Origin: Heterodontus francisci
Taxonomy: Eukaryota
DNA length: 64,000 nucleotides
Direction of reading: 5' to 3'
Assembly: GCF_036365525.1 (NCBI RefSeq)
Contig: NC_090394.1
Location: 30,319,612-30,383,611 of the forward strand
In this document: in pieces, positions 62,449 through 64,000 of the stretch
Layout: each line of letters begins with the position of its first letter
Numbering within the stretch: the stretch's first letter is position 1
Notes under the pieces: model-generated
The model's database searches: none
Told to the model about the DNA's origin: nothing
What the model saw: the letters and a program-made list of their open reading frames with translations, nothing else
Made by a program: the position numbers and the translations under genes

Positions 62449-62659
62449 ACCCATGTGCCACACGTGGTGACCTTTGACCTGGCAGACTTGGACACCATGG
62501 GAAGCAGTGCACAAGAGATTCTCAATTGCTTTGGCAAAGTGGATGTGCTAATAAATAATGCAGGGATCAGTTACCGAGGCAACATCCTGAACACTGCCGT
62601 TAGCGTTGATAAGGACGTGATGAATATCAATTATTTTGGACCAGTTGCTTTAACAAAAG
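62449..62659 (+). CDS. DHRS7B: DHRS7B exon 4 (NNAG motif)
   Basis: Acceptor TTCTATTCACAG; encodes [15 protein letters not shown]...[48 protein letters not shown]; donor G|GTATCA. The gene continues past the window. Confidence 0.94.
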
Positions 62660-62939
62660 GTATCAATTGTTAGCTTTTAGATGTGTATTCTGTGAGTTTT
62701 CCTTCATTATTGATCCTGATTTCTGGGTCTCCTGCCCAACTCCAAGGCTGCACACTAAAAAGATAGAGGCATTTTCTTGTCAGTTCTCTGTCAGCATTAC
62801 TCTTCAACCAGTCAGGAGGAAATATTTAAAAGTGATGTGGGATGAGGCTCACTCCGAGTGCTTTGCTGTGACAACCCCCTCCCCCTCATTTAGGGGAGGG
62901 CTGAAATCAGGAATCAGTAGTGTGGGAAGAGGCAGAGAA

Positions 62940-63362
62940 AGTTTTTTTGCATTATGTATAGCACCTGGCATGACCTCAGGACGATCCAAAATACCTTAGT
63001 GAGGTGTTTTGTTAAGTGGTAGTTACTATTATAATGTAGGAAACAGCAGACAATCTGCACACAGTAAGATCCCACAAACAGCAATGTGATAATGACCAGA
63101 TAATCTGTTTTAGGTGTTGGCTGAAGGATAAATATTGGCCTGGGCACCAGGGAGAACTTCCCTTCCCTTATTTGAAATAGTGCCATGGAATCTTTTTGGT
63201 CCACCTGAGGTAGCAAATGGAAGCCTTGGTTTAACACCTCACCCGAAAGATGGTACCTCTGAGTATTGCATTGGAGTGTTACCTAGATTTCGTGCTGCAG
63301 TCTCAGGAATGGGAAGTGAACCATTGACTCAGAGGTAAGAGCACTATCCCCTGAGCTACAGG
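62940..63362 (-). mobile_element. DeuSINE
   Basis: Reverse complement of the Deu core and tRNA head. Confidence 0.82.
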
Positions 63363-63439
63363 TAACAAAGCTGTCACACAGCTTTTTTTAGGCCAGTGTG
63401 AAAAGCACTATAAAAATACAAGTTCTTTATGGTACTACA

Positions 63440-63720
63440 ATTGGCTACAGGGCCCGAGTGTAGGGGAAGGAGTGGAATGTGAGGGGCGTGGGGATGAAAT
63501 CAGTCAGGGTTCCTATTCCCGATTACTATCCACTGACTCTTTCTGCAAAATGCAGGTGTACATACCTGTTGGGTGAAGATGGGATTGAACAGGTCTGGGA
63601 TTCCCTCAGATAATTACCAACACTCACTGTCCACACTTTCAGTTGAATGGGCAATTGAGCAAGGTACGAGTATCCTTCTGATACCTGGGAACTGTACTCA
63701 ACACAGATCAATCTCTTCAG
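63440..63720 (+). mobile_element. LF-SINE-like 3' part
   Basis: AAATCAGTCAGGGTTCCTATTCCCGATTACTATCCA...CACTCACTGTC. Confidence 0.55.
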
Positions 63721-64000
63721 GAGAGCAGGGAGAGAGAAAAATTAACACACTGAGATCTTCCGAGTCTACACAGCATGGGAGAACTGTGGTCTTATTGTGG
63801 ATAACCACTAGATGGTGCTCAAGCACCAGGAACATGAGAAATTTCTTGTCCCCCAATAGTATAATTGGATTAAGTTGTTCACTTTTGTGCCACTTCTGCA
63901 AAAGTTTCGATAACCTCTAGAAAGTTGAGCAGCAATCTTTTTTGGTGTTTTCTTTGGTTTTGATCGTGAAAGCACAATCGATTTCATGGAGTGGTCCATG

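Overview
Eukaryotic, almost certainly cartilaginous-fish (shark-like) genomic DNA, judged from its repeat content: Penelope-like elements, RTE and CR1/L2 LINEs, Deu-, LF- and Meta-type SINEs, and LTR elements. Most of the window is nested transposable elements. The one host gene I can support is the 5' half of DHRS7B on the + strand: a CpG-rich promoter near 48.9-49.1 kb and four coding exons at 49121, 56419, 59382 and 62449 with consistent splice phases. The most notable observations are: (1) a QSOX-like thioredoxin (WCGHC) exon fragment plus unidentified coding-like DNA inside a Gypsy element, directly upstream of a near-full-length RTE; (2) the same young CR1 subfamily inserted independently, in the same orientation and about 55-60 bp apart, into two copies of one solo-LTR family; (3) minimal hammerhead ribozymes at Penelope 3' ends, with a non-canonical CCGAAGA core in the young copies; (4) small fold-back inserts built from Penelope termini. 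I found no prokaryotic-type system. Family names come from motif recognition, not database searches, and repeat boundaries without a stated TSD are approximate.
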